Shown in pieces: positions 24,938 through 37,800 of a DNA stretch of 64,000 nt. The position numbers and the translations under genes were made by a program. The first letter of the stretch is position 1, and each line of letters opens with the position of its first letter. A model generated the notes under the pieces. The model saw only the letters and a program-made list of their open reading frames with translations, did not search any database and was not told the DNA's origin. Source of the stretch: Malacoraja senta (lineage: Eukaryota); the NCBI GenBank assembly GCA_038087875.1, contig CM075984.1, positions 39,370,001 through 39,434,000 of the forward strand. Reading direction: 5' to 3'.

Positions 24938-26232
24938 GCACCCACTGCATCCTGCACCCACACACAACTGACTGACTTCATCCGCTTCACCACCAACTTC
25001 CATCCGGCACTCAAATACACCTGGACCATTTCCGACACTTCCCTACCATTCCTTGACCTCACTATCTCCATCGCAGGTGATAGACTCCTTACCGACATCC
25101 ACTACAAACCTACCGACTCCCATGGCTATCTGGACTACACTTCTTCCCACCCTGCTTCCTGTAAGGACTCCATCCCCCACTCCCAATTCCTCCGTCTACG
25201 CCGCATCTGCTCCCAGGATGAGGCGTTCCACACCAGGGCATCTGAAATGTCCTCATTCTTCAGGGAACGGGGGTTCCCCTCCTCCACCATAGATGAGGCT
25301 CGCACCAGGGTCTCTGCCATACCCCGCAACACTGCTCTCTCTCCCCATCCCCCCACTCACAACAAAGGCAGAGTCCCCCTAGTCCTCACCTTTCACCCCA
25401 CCAGCCGTCACATACAACAAGTGATCCTCCGTCAGTTTCGCCACCTCCAACGTGACCCCACCACTCGCCACATCTTCCCATCTCCCCCTATGTCTGCCTT
25501 CCGCAAAGACCGCTCCCTCCGTAACTCCCTTGTCAATTCTTCCCTTCCCTCCCATACCACCCCCTCCCCTGGTACTTTCCCTTGCAACCGCAAGAGATGC
25601 AACACTTGTCCCTTCACTTCCCCCCTCCACTCCATTCAAGGACCCAAGCAGTCGTTCCAGGTGCGACAGAGGTTCACCTGCATCTCCTCCAACCTCATCT
25701 ATTGCATTCGCTGCTCTAGATGCCAGCTGATCTACATCGGTGAGACCAAGCGGAGGCTTGGCGATCGTTTCGCCGAACACCTCCGGTCGGTCCGCAATAA
25801 CCAACCTGAACTCCCGGTGGCTCAGCACTTCAACTCCCCCTCCCATTCCGTATCTGACCTCTCTGTCCTGGGTCTCCTCCATGGCCACAGCGAGCAACAC
25901 CGTAAATTGGAGGAAATGCACCTCATATTCCGCTTGGGCAGTCTACATCCTGGTGGCCTGAACGTTGAATTCTCCCAATTCTGCTAGCCCTGGCTGTCCC
26001 CTCCCCTTCATCAGCCCTCTGGTTGTCTCCTCCCCTCCCCCAGCCCTCGGGCTCCTCCTCCGCCTTTTCCTTTTTTCCTTTCTTCTCCCCACCCCCTATC
26101 AGTCTGAAGAAGGGTTTCGACCCGAAACGTTACCTATTTCCTTCGCTCCATAGATGCTGCTGCACCCGCTGAGTTTCTCCAGCATTTTTGTGTACCTTCG
26201 ATTTTCCAGCATCTGCAGTTCCTTCTTTAAAA
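24938..26232 (+). mobile_element. 5'-truncated Penelope-like element (Neptune-type): RT C-terminus, Cys linker, GIY-YIG endonuclease, hammerhead-bearing terminus
   Basis: Open frame about 24947-25987 (LPFLDL, YKPTDSHGYL, SHP..CK.SIP.SQFLRLRRICS, FPCNRKRCNTC, NLIYCIRCSRCQLIYIGET); 15-bp TSD cattgtgttaaacct at 24923-24937 and 26233-26247. Confidence 0.93.
26100..26137 (+). ncRNA. Minimal hammerhead ribozyme motif in the Penelope terminus
   Basis: CTGAAGA (26104-26110), A, GGGT-TTCG-ACCC, GAAACGTT. Confidence 0.75.
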
Positions 26233-27220
26233 CATTGTGTTAAACCTCCTCTGTTTGCAAGAGCCAGAAGCAGCAATTGTGGTATTTGGCCAGTAAAGCT
26301 AAAGGTGAATAACAAAGGAAGGTTTATGTTTCTTTTGAGTACCAACCATGTAGGACTTTGACATGGCATTGTTTGAATTGTGGCTTGGATTATAATTTAG
26401 AAATCAGTTACATCTTGAAGTTGTGATTATATTATCACAGTTAGTGTCATGGGGTTGTTCGGAGTAGCTAGAATAACACTGCATGCTTGAAATTGTTAAT
26501 TTGTCACATGTTTTTTGTGGGGGCTTATGAAAATTCTCAGAAATGTTGTTTAGAACTGCAGACAATTTAAACTTAGTTCCATAGGCTTCATTCTTTTATC
26601 AGACCACAACCAGGATGCTCAAATCATATGGGACTTTTACTTAGAGGAAAGCTACATAGCAAAATATGAAAATCATCATAATTCATAATATTTTAAGATA
26701 AAGCATTTCCCCCCATTTTCCAGACAACCCTTGGTTCTACAATGGTCCCACTAATTTATACCAGACCAGACTAAATCTCAATTGTAACATTTAATACCCC
26801 ACTTAAAATGGAAGTCTATTTCTGAAGAAAGCAGTAAAGATATCAGACAAAGAAAATTGGTCAACATGGTGGCTTCACAGCTCCTTGGACGCATGTCGGC
26901 CATTTCTACCCTTCCAACACATTGCAACATCTGAGCAATGGTGAAAACTAATTTGAACACTTTGTGAAGCTTGATATAATGCACCAACACAGTACATTTC
27001 TGCAACTGCCATTTACTTTTTTTGTTAACATTTTGTTTTGAATATGTGCCTTATTTATAGCCTTTACTGTTCTAGACAATTAATGTATACACATGTAGAA
27101 TTTCATTATCACTGTAAGTAATGTAATATAAAAAAACTCACTACAAAATGTGTGAAATTTGTTTGTTCATTCAGTGTGGTTTGCAAATATAGAAACCTCA
27201 GCATTAGATTCTTTGTAAAT

Positions 27221-27354
27221 NNNNNNNNNNNNNNNNNNNNNNNNNNNNNNNNNNNNNNNNNNNNNNNNNNNNNNNNNNNNNNNNNNNNNNNNNNNNNNNN
27301 NNNNNNNNNNNNNNNNNNNNNNNNNNNNNNNNNNNNNNNNNNNNNNNNNNNNNN
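27221..27354. other. Assembly gap (134 N)
   Basis: Run of N. Confidence 1.
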
Positions 27355-28648
27355 TTGTGATTGAAATAAAAATTCAATTATTCTTGATGAACTGGACAGA
27401 TTTATACATTAAACATGAGAAGCTCCAGCTTCATGCAATACTTTCCAATGTTATTATTTATTGCAGTAGGGCCTTTGTTTGTTTTTTAAATGGTTGAAAC
27501 ATGTGCATTATTCAGATGCAACACAATCTGTACAAAATGACTGATTTGATGAAAAGTTGCTATTTTTCACAATAATTCTTGCTCTATGCAAACTCAATGG
27601 CGCCATCTCTGAAAATGTGAGCTACTGTAAAACAACTCAGTACAACTTTTTCAAAAAAGTTGTAACTGTTAATGGTTTAAAAACTATGGAAATGATTCAA
27701 AATAAAAGCTGTGTTATATGCTTTTTGGTTGCTGAAAATGGTGTGAAATATTGCTGGTTGCTTGTGTTAGCATGGCTTTACAGTGCAGACTTTTTTGAAA
27801 TTTTGAAATTAAATAAAGAATTTTAAAGAGGTTACGAGTTTCTCATTGAATTGAATGCATTTTTTCCAAATTTTCCAGTTTAATCACACAAGTATTTGCA
27901 TTCAGCTGTAGATAAAGTCAATCTTACCATCAAACCAGAAGACAGTAGATAGCAATTAGGACAGAACAGTATCCCCCTCTTCTCAGCTGAAGCACTGTGG
28001 CATTTCAGCATATCCGCAGGATCTGTTTTCTCTCAGTATCTATGAATATAGCACAATAGGTTTACAATTGCAAATGTAAGACAGAGTTCAAGATGAATTA
28101 ATGCAATTTCTGGCAAAGTTAACAAGACAAGGGTCAGATTCAAACTTGTTTACCAAACATGTCAAAGAGAAAGTGTTAAGAGGTATACTACAAACATTTT
28201 TGCAAGGCAATCAGGCAAAGTCAGCATGATTTTGTAAATTGGATTTTTTTTTGACCAATTCCAATCTTTTGCATTATGTTGTGGAAAAACAAGGACAAGT
28301 GGACGTACCAAGATTTCCTGAAGGTATTTGACAAGATGCCACATCATATGTTGTTATGGAACATAAAAGCTCACGATGTTAGAGATAACATTGGCATAGA
28401 TAGAAGAATGGCTACTTTATAGGAAAGATTAGGCATAAGTAGATCTTGTCTGGTTGGCACCAGATTTAATTAAGAATCTGTCTTTATCCAGGGAATGAAA
28501 GTTTAGCTTGAGTACATGGGAATGCAGAGCAGAGCTGATGTTACAATCAGATGGGACATGATCTTAAATGGCAGAGCAACAGGTTTAAGGAATCAAGTGG
28601 CAGACTCGGATTCTTAATTTATATTAAACCAGTGCTAGAGTTTCATTT

Positions 28649-28922
28649 GTAGACAAAAGTGCTGGAGAAACTCAGCGGGTGCAACATCATCTATGGAGCG
28701 AAGGAAATAGGCAACGTTTCGGGCCGAAACCCTTCTTCAGACTGATGTGGGGGGTGGGCGGGCGGGACACAGAGGGGGCGCAGTCAGTGAGGAGGTTGTA
28801 AAAGTCTTCGGAGGGAGGAGGAGAACTTCTTCAAAGTAGGCATACCTTGAGGAGATCTCGCAGTGGAGTAGACAAAGTGTTTAAGAGGGAACTGCAGATG
28901 CTGGAAAATCGAAGGTAGACAA
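28649..28922 (-). mobile_element. Non-coding, circularly permuted Penelope-derived element with hammerhead
   Basis: gtagacaaa at both ends (28649 and 28915; period 266); 12-bp TSD agagtttcattt at 28637-28648 and 28923-28934. Confidence 0.8.
28708..28746 (-). ncRNA. Minimal hammerhead ribozyme motif
   Basis: Minus strand: atcagt-CTGAAGA-A-GGGT-TTCG-GCCC-GAAACGTT-gccta. Confidence 0.75.
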
Positions 28923-31282
28923 AGAGTTTCATTTATTCTCTTAAATAAACCTTATGAAATATTTTAATATAGATGTAAAATATTCTGTAACTAAGGCTCA
29001 TGCACACTGAAGATTTAAATCATAAATAGTAAACATGAAATAATTAACTGCCATGTATAGTAGGCAATATATGCAATATTGAAATATCTAAAATGCACAT
29101 TATAAATGACAATCACTAAACAAACAGAAATCATACTCTACATGCAGTATTTTCTTGTAATTATTGTACACACCAGACCAAATCTCCCAACTTTGCCTAA
29201 GTTGTCAACAATCTTCTTATTCAGTGGCTCAAGGTCCAATCATGGCATTCCCTCAACTTTATTGTTAACATTTAAACAAGTAATTCTAGAAAGAGTACTT
29301 CCAGAAATGTAATATCATTGGCAAGTCACAACTGCAAGCCAGTTGCAACAGAGATTTTAGATCACTTTCCGAGGATAGCCATACATGTTTCCAGATGTTG
29401 TGGAAAATGAAATCCAAGTCAAAGAAAGATTTTCAATTGCCTGGAATGTCTTTAAATAACTTGGTCAACAGAATATAAAATTCTAACGATTCACCCAAAT
29501 TGTTCTCACGGTGCATTTCACGATCCAGAGATTCTTGCTGAAACACTTCCTCACCCATCCTCCTCACTTCAGGTTCCAAGGAGAAAAACTTGAGTTTCCC
29601 TGGTTTCTACATAATTAAACCTCACTTTCCTGATACTGTTCTAGTTTTCTCTCCATTATGTGTGCATTAACAACCTTCCAAAGTGTGTGGCTCACAGCTT
29701 AACATAATAAACAAGCTAGTCTAAATAATGGGTTATATTATCATAACATCACAGCATCACAAAACCATGAGTCATACGTTTCAATTCATATTTATAATTT
29801 TTGCATTATTCAAAATGTAAATGTTGTGAATTGTTAGTTTGCATACATATGAAATCTTTGTTTATATTTGTCCACTTTAAATAGTTTTTTGAAAAACACA
29901 GAATGGAAGGTTCACAATCCTGTTTAAAACTAACATTTTCCATCAAGTGAAAGCCCTAAAGCAAAGAGATTTTACATAGTAAAATGCCATATAAACATCA
30001 AAAAGCTACCAGCTTTACTATTTTAGATTTAGTTGCAATATAATTCTGATTCAATGGTTTTATCTCCTAGACCATTGTTGGTAATGGACATTATCCCAAT
30101 GGCAGACAAATTCCAATGGCTTTGCTTATGGATCCAAGGAGAGTGTACCATTCATATGATGCTTGTACCCTTTTATTGATACGAAACAGAAAACATTGAA
30201 AATACTCTGTATGCCATATTGTCTGGAAAGGGGGGAATCGTTTGGCTCGATGAAAGGTCAACAAATAGTGTCCTAATACTTTGTTCTATTTTTCAGACTT
30301 AAGCATGTCCAATATTGTTTCCTTTTTGTCATAACATTACTGGAAATGATTGGGGGGTGGGGGGGAGGAGGAGATATAATAAGGCACAAAATTGGAATAA
30401 TTTACAAAATTTTGTGAAATGTGTTGCATTGCGTTCCACTTTTTCCAAATGTAGAAATCAAGAGATATCCTGGGAGGTGAAGCAGGCTCTAAGTAATAGT
30501 ATATTCCAAGGTTCTGGAATTTCCTTTATAAGCAATTTCCTTTATAAAACAGAATTAATTGAAATAAATTCTGAACTTTCCAGACCATTGCAGTTAATTA
30601 TATTTAACAATCTTAACAATTACCTTTTGAAGTATGGAATAATTTATAGTATTATCGAAAGTACGAGTTCATTAAATGTAGGACTTTAAAATTCAACTTA
30701 AAGCAAGAAATTAAAATAGTATACCGCAGTTTCAAAAAAAAAAACTTACAATGGGTAAAGTTGCATCTGACAATGTATATTAGGCTTACAATAGTTCAGA
30801 ACAATAGCAAAGACCTGTAATGAATTGGCATATGGTAGACTTTTACCAATTATAACATTTTGTAAATAAAGCACGTTTGAAAATGGAGGAGGCAAAATTG
30901 CTCGTGGAAAAAAGTAGGTAAAATGCAGATAATGTGAACAGGTAGACACAGCTCCCCACAAGCTGGGGAAAGTGACATTGTAGGATTCTGTCCTATTCTT
31001 TACCCGTTCCTTCTACCCTAAAATGTAATAATCCTATAAAGGCATAGTGTTTCTAGACCCCAGTCTACAAAGAATGGACCCTGCACCCTCTCCTTACCAT
31101 TCAACACTTCACACCCACTTAAGGCAAGACTCCAGTATGAAGACACTTCACACCCACTCACAGCCTGACCTCAGTCTGCAAAGACTGGGCCCTTCTACAC
31201 CCACCCCCCATCCAATCACCACTTCACACCCAATCACCCACACCCACTGTGCTGCACAACATCACTTATCCAATATCAACAA

Positions 31283-32829
31283 TAAAAATAGGTGGTGGAG
31301 AGGCTTTTCAGAAGACAAAAAAGCCGGAAATCTCCAGGACCTGACAATGTTTCCCCCTCTACTCTTAAGCTCTGTGCCACACAGCTGGCTATACAGACAT
31401 TTTCAACCAGTCCCTGCAAACATGTACTGTCCCTGCCCGTTTCAAAGTTTTCACTATTGTCCCTGTACCAAAAAAGGCAAGGATTACTTGTCTTAATGAC
31501 TACAGGCCTGTCATACTGACCTCTGTAGTCATGAAGACACTCGAAAGGCTTGTGCTGGCCAAGCTGAAAAAAAATCACAATCCCCCTGCTGGATCCTATG
31601 CAGTTTGCATATCGGACCAATAGATCTGTGGATGATGCAGTAAACCTGGGCATGCACTTCATCCTACAGCAACTAGACCGCCAGGGGACCTATGCGAGGA
31701 TCCTGTTTGTTGATTTTAGCTCTGCATTCAACACCATTGTGCCAGAGCTACTACACTCCAAACTTTCCAAGTTGACTGTGCCTGAACCCTTCTGTCGGTG
31801 GATCACCAGCTTCCTGACAGACAGGAAGCAGGATGTGAGGCTGGGAAAGCACATCTCAGACCTGCAAACACTCAGCATAGAAGCACCGCAAGGCTGCCTA
31901 CTCTCTCCTCTGCTCTCTACTACTCTACTGCACCTCCACAGACACCTCTGTCAAGCTTCTCAAGTTTGCGGATGACACAACCCTGATTGGACTGATCCAG
32001 GATGGGGAGGAATCTGCCTACAGACAGGAAGTGTCACAGCTGGCGTCCTGGTGCCATCGCAACAACCTGGAGCTCAATGCTTTTAACACAGTGGAATTGA
32101 TTGTAGACTTTAGGAGAGCTCCTGCTCCCCTCATCCCACTCAACATCAACAATACCACAGTCACATCTGTGGAGTCTTTTAAGTTCCTGGGAACCATCTT
32201 CACCAAGTGGGGGGCTACCATCGACTCCACAGTCAAAAAGTCACAACAGAGGATGTACTTCCTACGGCAGCTGAGGATGCACAATCTGCCACAGGCAATG
32301 ATGGTCCAATTCTACACGGCCATCGTAGGGTCTGTTCTCACCTTCTCCATCATGGTCTGGTTTGGCTCAGCCACCAAGCACGACACCTGGAAGCTGCAGC
32401 GAATCGTCCGATCAGCAGAGAAGGTTATAGGCTGCAACCTTCCCCCCATTGATAACTGTACACTGCAAGAGCCAGGAAGCGAGCGGGCAAGATCATCTCT
32501 GAACCCTCACCCTGGCCACAAACTCTTTGAATCACTTCCCTCTGGAAGGTGACTCCGGACTGTCAAAGCTACCACAGCCACACATAAAAAGTTTTTATCC
32601 ACGAGTAGTTGCTCTACTCAACAGCCAAAAATCTGTAGCCACCCTTTGATCTGTTATTTTGTTGGTTCACATGCTTGATCAATGGTGTTTTATCATTAAT
32701 GTTTTATTATTAATGTTTAGTGTTTTCTGAGTCATTCGTAACTGTCACTGTATGTCATGTTGTTACTTGTGGGCGGAGCACCAAGGCAAATTACTTGTAT
32801 GTGAATACTTGGCCAATAAACTTACTTAC
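31283..32829 (+). mobile_element. Rex1/Babar-clade LINE, 5'-truncated, frameshifted RT
   Basis: [44 protein letters not shown]; tail aataaacttacttac. Confidence 0.88.
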
Positions 32830-34009
32830 GGTATTGCTGTGAGCTGAATGCAGTTTACCTGCTTTAAAATCAAATCCTTTAATGGATTCCGAGCTCACAA
32901 TGTATCGGTAACCTTTCAAAATACCACGGAAATTTCAACTTACTTGGCTATGTTAAAATAGTTGAGTATTGTCCTGAACTTCAAGGTAATTGTTTTGGAT
33001 CTACCCACTCAAGTAATTTAACAGATATGTCAACCTTGACATTCCATTTTGGTTGGGGGAGTGGGAAGGTGTTGGGAGCTCATTCTACCATTTGCCAAAT
33101 GAGTAAAGTTTAGGGACTTCAAGTTCTTCTGAACAAAAAGGACCATAAAACCTAGTGCACACAAAAGGCACTTCAGCTGAGAGAGTAGTTGGGAAGACAG
33201 AACTAACCATTTCTCTCCTCAGAAACAGAAGAATGAAAAGGATTCCTATCATTCACCAAGACACCTTCTAGAAATAAGGAAAGACTACACTCATTAGAAT
33301 CAACGACAATGCCTGCTATGGTCACATTGCATCTTGGGTAAAATATTGTATTCCAGGAGTTAACAATGAAGAGTGAAGAAATAAGTTCAACATGCTGGTA
33401 ATCACAAAGGTTCCGATGCAGTATTCTTGAAATTTAAAAAACCTGGTACGCAGATGGAAGATAAAACGGTTAATCCATTCTCCCAATGCCTTGATGCAGC
33501 GGCCTATCGATCCAGAGTGCCCCTGTATGTATCTTGAATTGGGCCTTACTCTCAAGATCACAAAAATATTGTTTGAGGCTCATTTGCGAGGATCTATTTA
33601 ATTTGACATCACAAGCCAAATGAATGGATGTAACTGCAATGAATAAAATATCCTCAAATAATTATTTAAATTGATACTAATCCTACCTTTAACAAATGCT
33701 GAGCACATCTTGATGGTGTTATTCCTGTTGTTCATAATTTTAAGAAACATTTCTGAATGCTAAGTGATAATCCATTAAAAAAAAAAAAAAAAAAAAAAAT
33801 CGGTTCTGCTTTACTAGTTCTTCATCAAAAGAAATGTCTCCCACCAATCCAAAACACAATATGTTCATAGCATACATACCCTTGTCAAAAATCATGAAAA
33901 TCTATGTTGACCAGGTATACTAATAAGACAAGTATTTTGCATTTTAATGCCAATACAGTCAATATTGCACCTGAATATAGCTAAACCAGAGTAGTATAAA
34001 ACTAATGCA

Positions 34010-34015
34010 TTTATT
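34010..34015 (-). terminator. Candidate MSL2 polyadenylation signal
   Basis: AATAAA on - about 2.15 kb downstream of the MSL2 stop, ending a repeat-free AU-rich stretch. Confidence 0.35.
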
Positions 34016-36169
34016 CATTACTTTCTCATACATGTTCCGAAAAACGGCATGAATATACCAGCATTTAGAAAAAAAATTAAGGATGTTTTCTCTAGGTTCC
34101 TCAATGGAATCTGGACCAACTTTTACCACGGGTAACAGGAAAACAACAGTGTTAATACAGCTTCACAGCTTTGCAAAAATGTCATGAAATGGTTCCACGG
34201 ACTTCTTGTGGCTACATACCAGTATCTGTTTTAAATGCTTGAACAGCAAGCGTAAAGTTCATGCGAGAGTTAGGATCAACCACCTACTCAATTAATGGAT
34301 TTTTTTGGTCAGCATACAGAAATCACAATACACAAATACAAAAACATAGCTTTGCTATGATATTAATTTACCACGGATGTAAAAAAAATTAAAATGTTGG
34401 TGCCTTAGGTGCCAAAAAAGACAAGAAAACTGAAGAAGCATTTTCCACCATTTACTCTCATTATCAAAAATAGTTTCAATTCTTCTTGCAAAACAAAAAA
34501 AAGAAAAAAACAACAAAAAAATACAGACTGGACACAAACATCACATTATTCCTATGGCTTCAAAACGCTACTTGACCACATTCACAGGAAATGACACCAG
34601 CTACACTATAAAAACAAAAAGGTGCCATCCGATCTCTTTCTGCATGTGAAAATTTTCCTGCACATTTACACTATGTGAATAACCATTGTTGTGCATGCTA
34701 TGTGCCAAACCATAAGTGAGGCTGAGGAGTAATTTCATATACATTACAATGGTGGACAGTGGTACAAGCAGTTCAGCCACATTGACAGAAGTAATGGGAT
34801 TATGAGATATTATTAATGACAAAATATTGGGATTTGCTTTCAATGCAAGGGACACGAGAGGGAGAGGAGCACATGCACTAGTCCCCATTGTTGAACTGCC
34901 TTATTGAAAGTTATTGTACTTATTCATTTCAACTTTATGTGATGATATTGGTCAAATTGCACATAAAGACACAGGTGCCAATTGTTTTGTTACTCAACTG
35001 TATTTATACCAATGTAAAACCTGAATTTGCCAATGTGGCTAAAATGTATTATGTTCATTTTAGTTAGACATGCTGACAATTAACTACCACCTGCAGTACT
35101 ATCTGGTACTAGAAGGTAAATGCAGGACGATACAGTAAGTGCTATGCTACCCAATGGCAGACAACAAGTAATGCAGAGGCACTGCTGTAATATGCACGTT
35201 TGGGTTCAATGTCAATTCATCACCACTTTGCTTCCTGTATCATCAAAAGGAGACAGTGGCGAGTTGTAGCACAAATCCAGCACAGTATCAAATTATTGTA
35301 CATCCCCAAGTTTGTAAAAGATCAAGCCCCTCAGATACGTTAGACACCTGCATAAACACTTGTGCACAACTTAACTGACTCAATAACCTTCATCTGTACA
35401 CACTTTTGTTAACATGGCTCCGACACTGTCTCCAATTGTAGGCATCTAAGTGCATGTGCAGAGTGGGGTGGGGTCTTCCAGCAACCACCATTCATGACAA
35501 AATTACACATTGAGCACCACATGGTTCTAATAAAACGGCAAGCAACCCTGAGGGAAGAAAATATATACCATGTGCGCCTAAAATATCATCCTCATTTCTA
35601 CTTGAAACTAACTACACAGGTGTTATGGGAGTGTTTTGCTTTGTGCAACTGATTCATGCTAATGCAGACACTAGAAAATAATGAGGCATTTTGTTTTAAA
35701 TATATTCTTGGGTCATCTAATGACATTACCAAAATAAAACAAAACCAATGTTTTTTTTGATTTAGAGAACACAAAAATAATCTGCATATAAAAAGTGACA
35801 TTATATTCTACATGTTTTTTTTAAAACTGTTCGTACTGTAGTTCACCATTCTTTTTTAAATTACACCTTAACCTTCTGCGATTATGCACAATGCATAAGC
35901 AGCAACAATGAGGTCAAATTTCTCTTGCCAAAGATCATTCAGTATAAACCACTTGCAAAAGTTCATAATTACATCTTATTCAAATTAACCTATTCCTCTT
36001 CTCTGGAGTCAAACCTGATGATTTACATTTACTTCAAGTGATCTATACCCAAAGCACTACGGCAAGTTCAACTAAGTTTTTCCCCCCAAATATAGAACTA
36101 TAGCTGCCTTAAAGTTGTAGTCATCCCATTAACAGGGACATGCCTAAGGTCCACCAGATCGATTCCAAT

Positions 36170-37800
36170 CTAACAGTCATATCTATAGTCAATAGTTTCA
36201 TCCAAGTTTTTGTCGTCATGTGGACTGGCAGCTAGGAAAGTAGGTATTGGCGACCCAGTTGTGACATTGATGACACTTGCGCTCGTGCTTGCATTCCGCA
36301 CCGCATTGCTGATACTGGTTAGACTGATGCCCACTGTAAGCCTGGTCTGCTCCAAGGCCTTCTCTGGCACGGCAAAAGCCTCCAACTTTTTCTCACCATT
36401 GGCCATGTACGAGTTCTGGCATCCACGACAAATGCAGTCCAAACAGGCCTTGCGATTTGAATAACAAGGGCAACGTTGCCCACGACAAGTAAGAACACTT
36501 GGGTTTTGTGTTGCACGTCCACACTTGCACCCCTTCTTCTCTGGGGGTTTTTTGTATGCTATTTTTGATGGGCTACCAGGCATTATAGTACTGCTATGAA
36601 CCTTCTCCTTGGTTTTAGATTTGGTTGTTCCCTGCTTTACTTTTGAATGCGATTTCTTTGCTCCATGTTCTGCGTGCTTTTTAACATTTTTACTGGTCGC
36701 AAGCAAAGATTTGCCCACTTTTAGTGTGCCCCCGTTTGGCACAGTGACGACAGTTTCTGTGGACAACTTAGTCTCGCGTTTGGCAGGAACAGGAGCAGCA
36801 GCCCCTAACGGCGGGCCATGTATAATTCTGGAAATAGGTAGGGGCTGAATCTTTTCACTGTCGCTCTCCGATCGAGATCGCTTCCGATTCATCCGTACTA
36901 TTTTGGGTGTTGCTGCTACACAGGGAATACCATGAGGGGGTGCGTTGCTAGAAACAAAAATACTGTTTATAGAAGGCAAGGAGATAGGTTTGGCATCTAA
37001 GAGAGGTCCATTGGGTGTAATTGCCTCAGAAATCGGTTGTGAATAATTGCTACAGGCATCTAGATCATTTGAAACAGTTTCTAGGTCTTGATATACATGT
37101 CCACCAGTAAGTAACAAAGAGCCATTAGGCTTTATGTCTTCACCATAACTGCAAATGTCAACACCCACTACATCAACATTACTACAAGAAACTACTTCGT
37201 TGACTGCCTGCAAACTGTCAGAAATGTCCCTACTTTTGAAGTCCTCTGCAGTGCAGGATGTATTGAGCCTTTCTGAATTTTCAGAAGAAAAAATATTTAC
37301 AGTAAATTCACCAACAGAAAGTCCGTTGCAACCAGGCAACCCATTGAAACTAGAGCAGGTTAATTCTGTATTACTTGAAACTTGCTCACAGTCTTGAATA
37401 TTTTCAATGATTTGTGGTGTAGCCGCCATTTCCAGGTCACTGGTGCATTCCGAGGTCGACGGGGTCGGGGAATTTGATAAATTTAAAGCACTTGCCGAAG
37501 CAGCAGCCCCTTTTCTCTCTTCATCCAACAAGAGCCCCTCTTGCAGCAGGTTTAAAATGTCAGGGGCACCATCCATTACTGTAGTGAGGTGCTGTGAAAT
37601 TGGGGATTCAGCTACATATTCACATAGTTTTTTGTAGCAACGCACCAGTATGTTCAGCTGTTTATTTTCCTCAAACTGTTCATAATCTTTGCACCAACTA
37701 CAGGAGGGCTTCATCATCATCTTTTTGCCTTTACACAGTTTGCAGACGTAATGCTGGCAAGTGGAGTTTGTAGGTGCAATTGGATCTTTCAGTAGGTTTC
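36170..37800 (-). CDS. MSL2: MSL complex subunit 2 (E3 ubiquitin ligase), exon 2: RING C-terminal half and CXC domain
   Basis: ttttacag|GA AAC CTA..; CQHYVCKLCKGKKMMMKPSCSWC RING; KKGCKCGRATQNPSVLTCRGQRCPCYSNRKACLDCICRGCQNSY CXC; stop at 36170-36172. Confidence 0.97.

Noticed and set aside
25379-25921. 180-aa ORF antisense to the Penelope ORF
   Set aside because: Shadow frame of a C-rich coding strand; no motifs
31060-31250. Spaced repeats (acacttcacacccact) superficially CRISPR-like
   Set aside because: Only about three degenerate copies in vertebrate DNA next to a LINE; no cas genes
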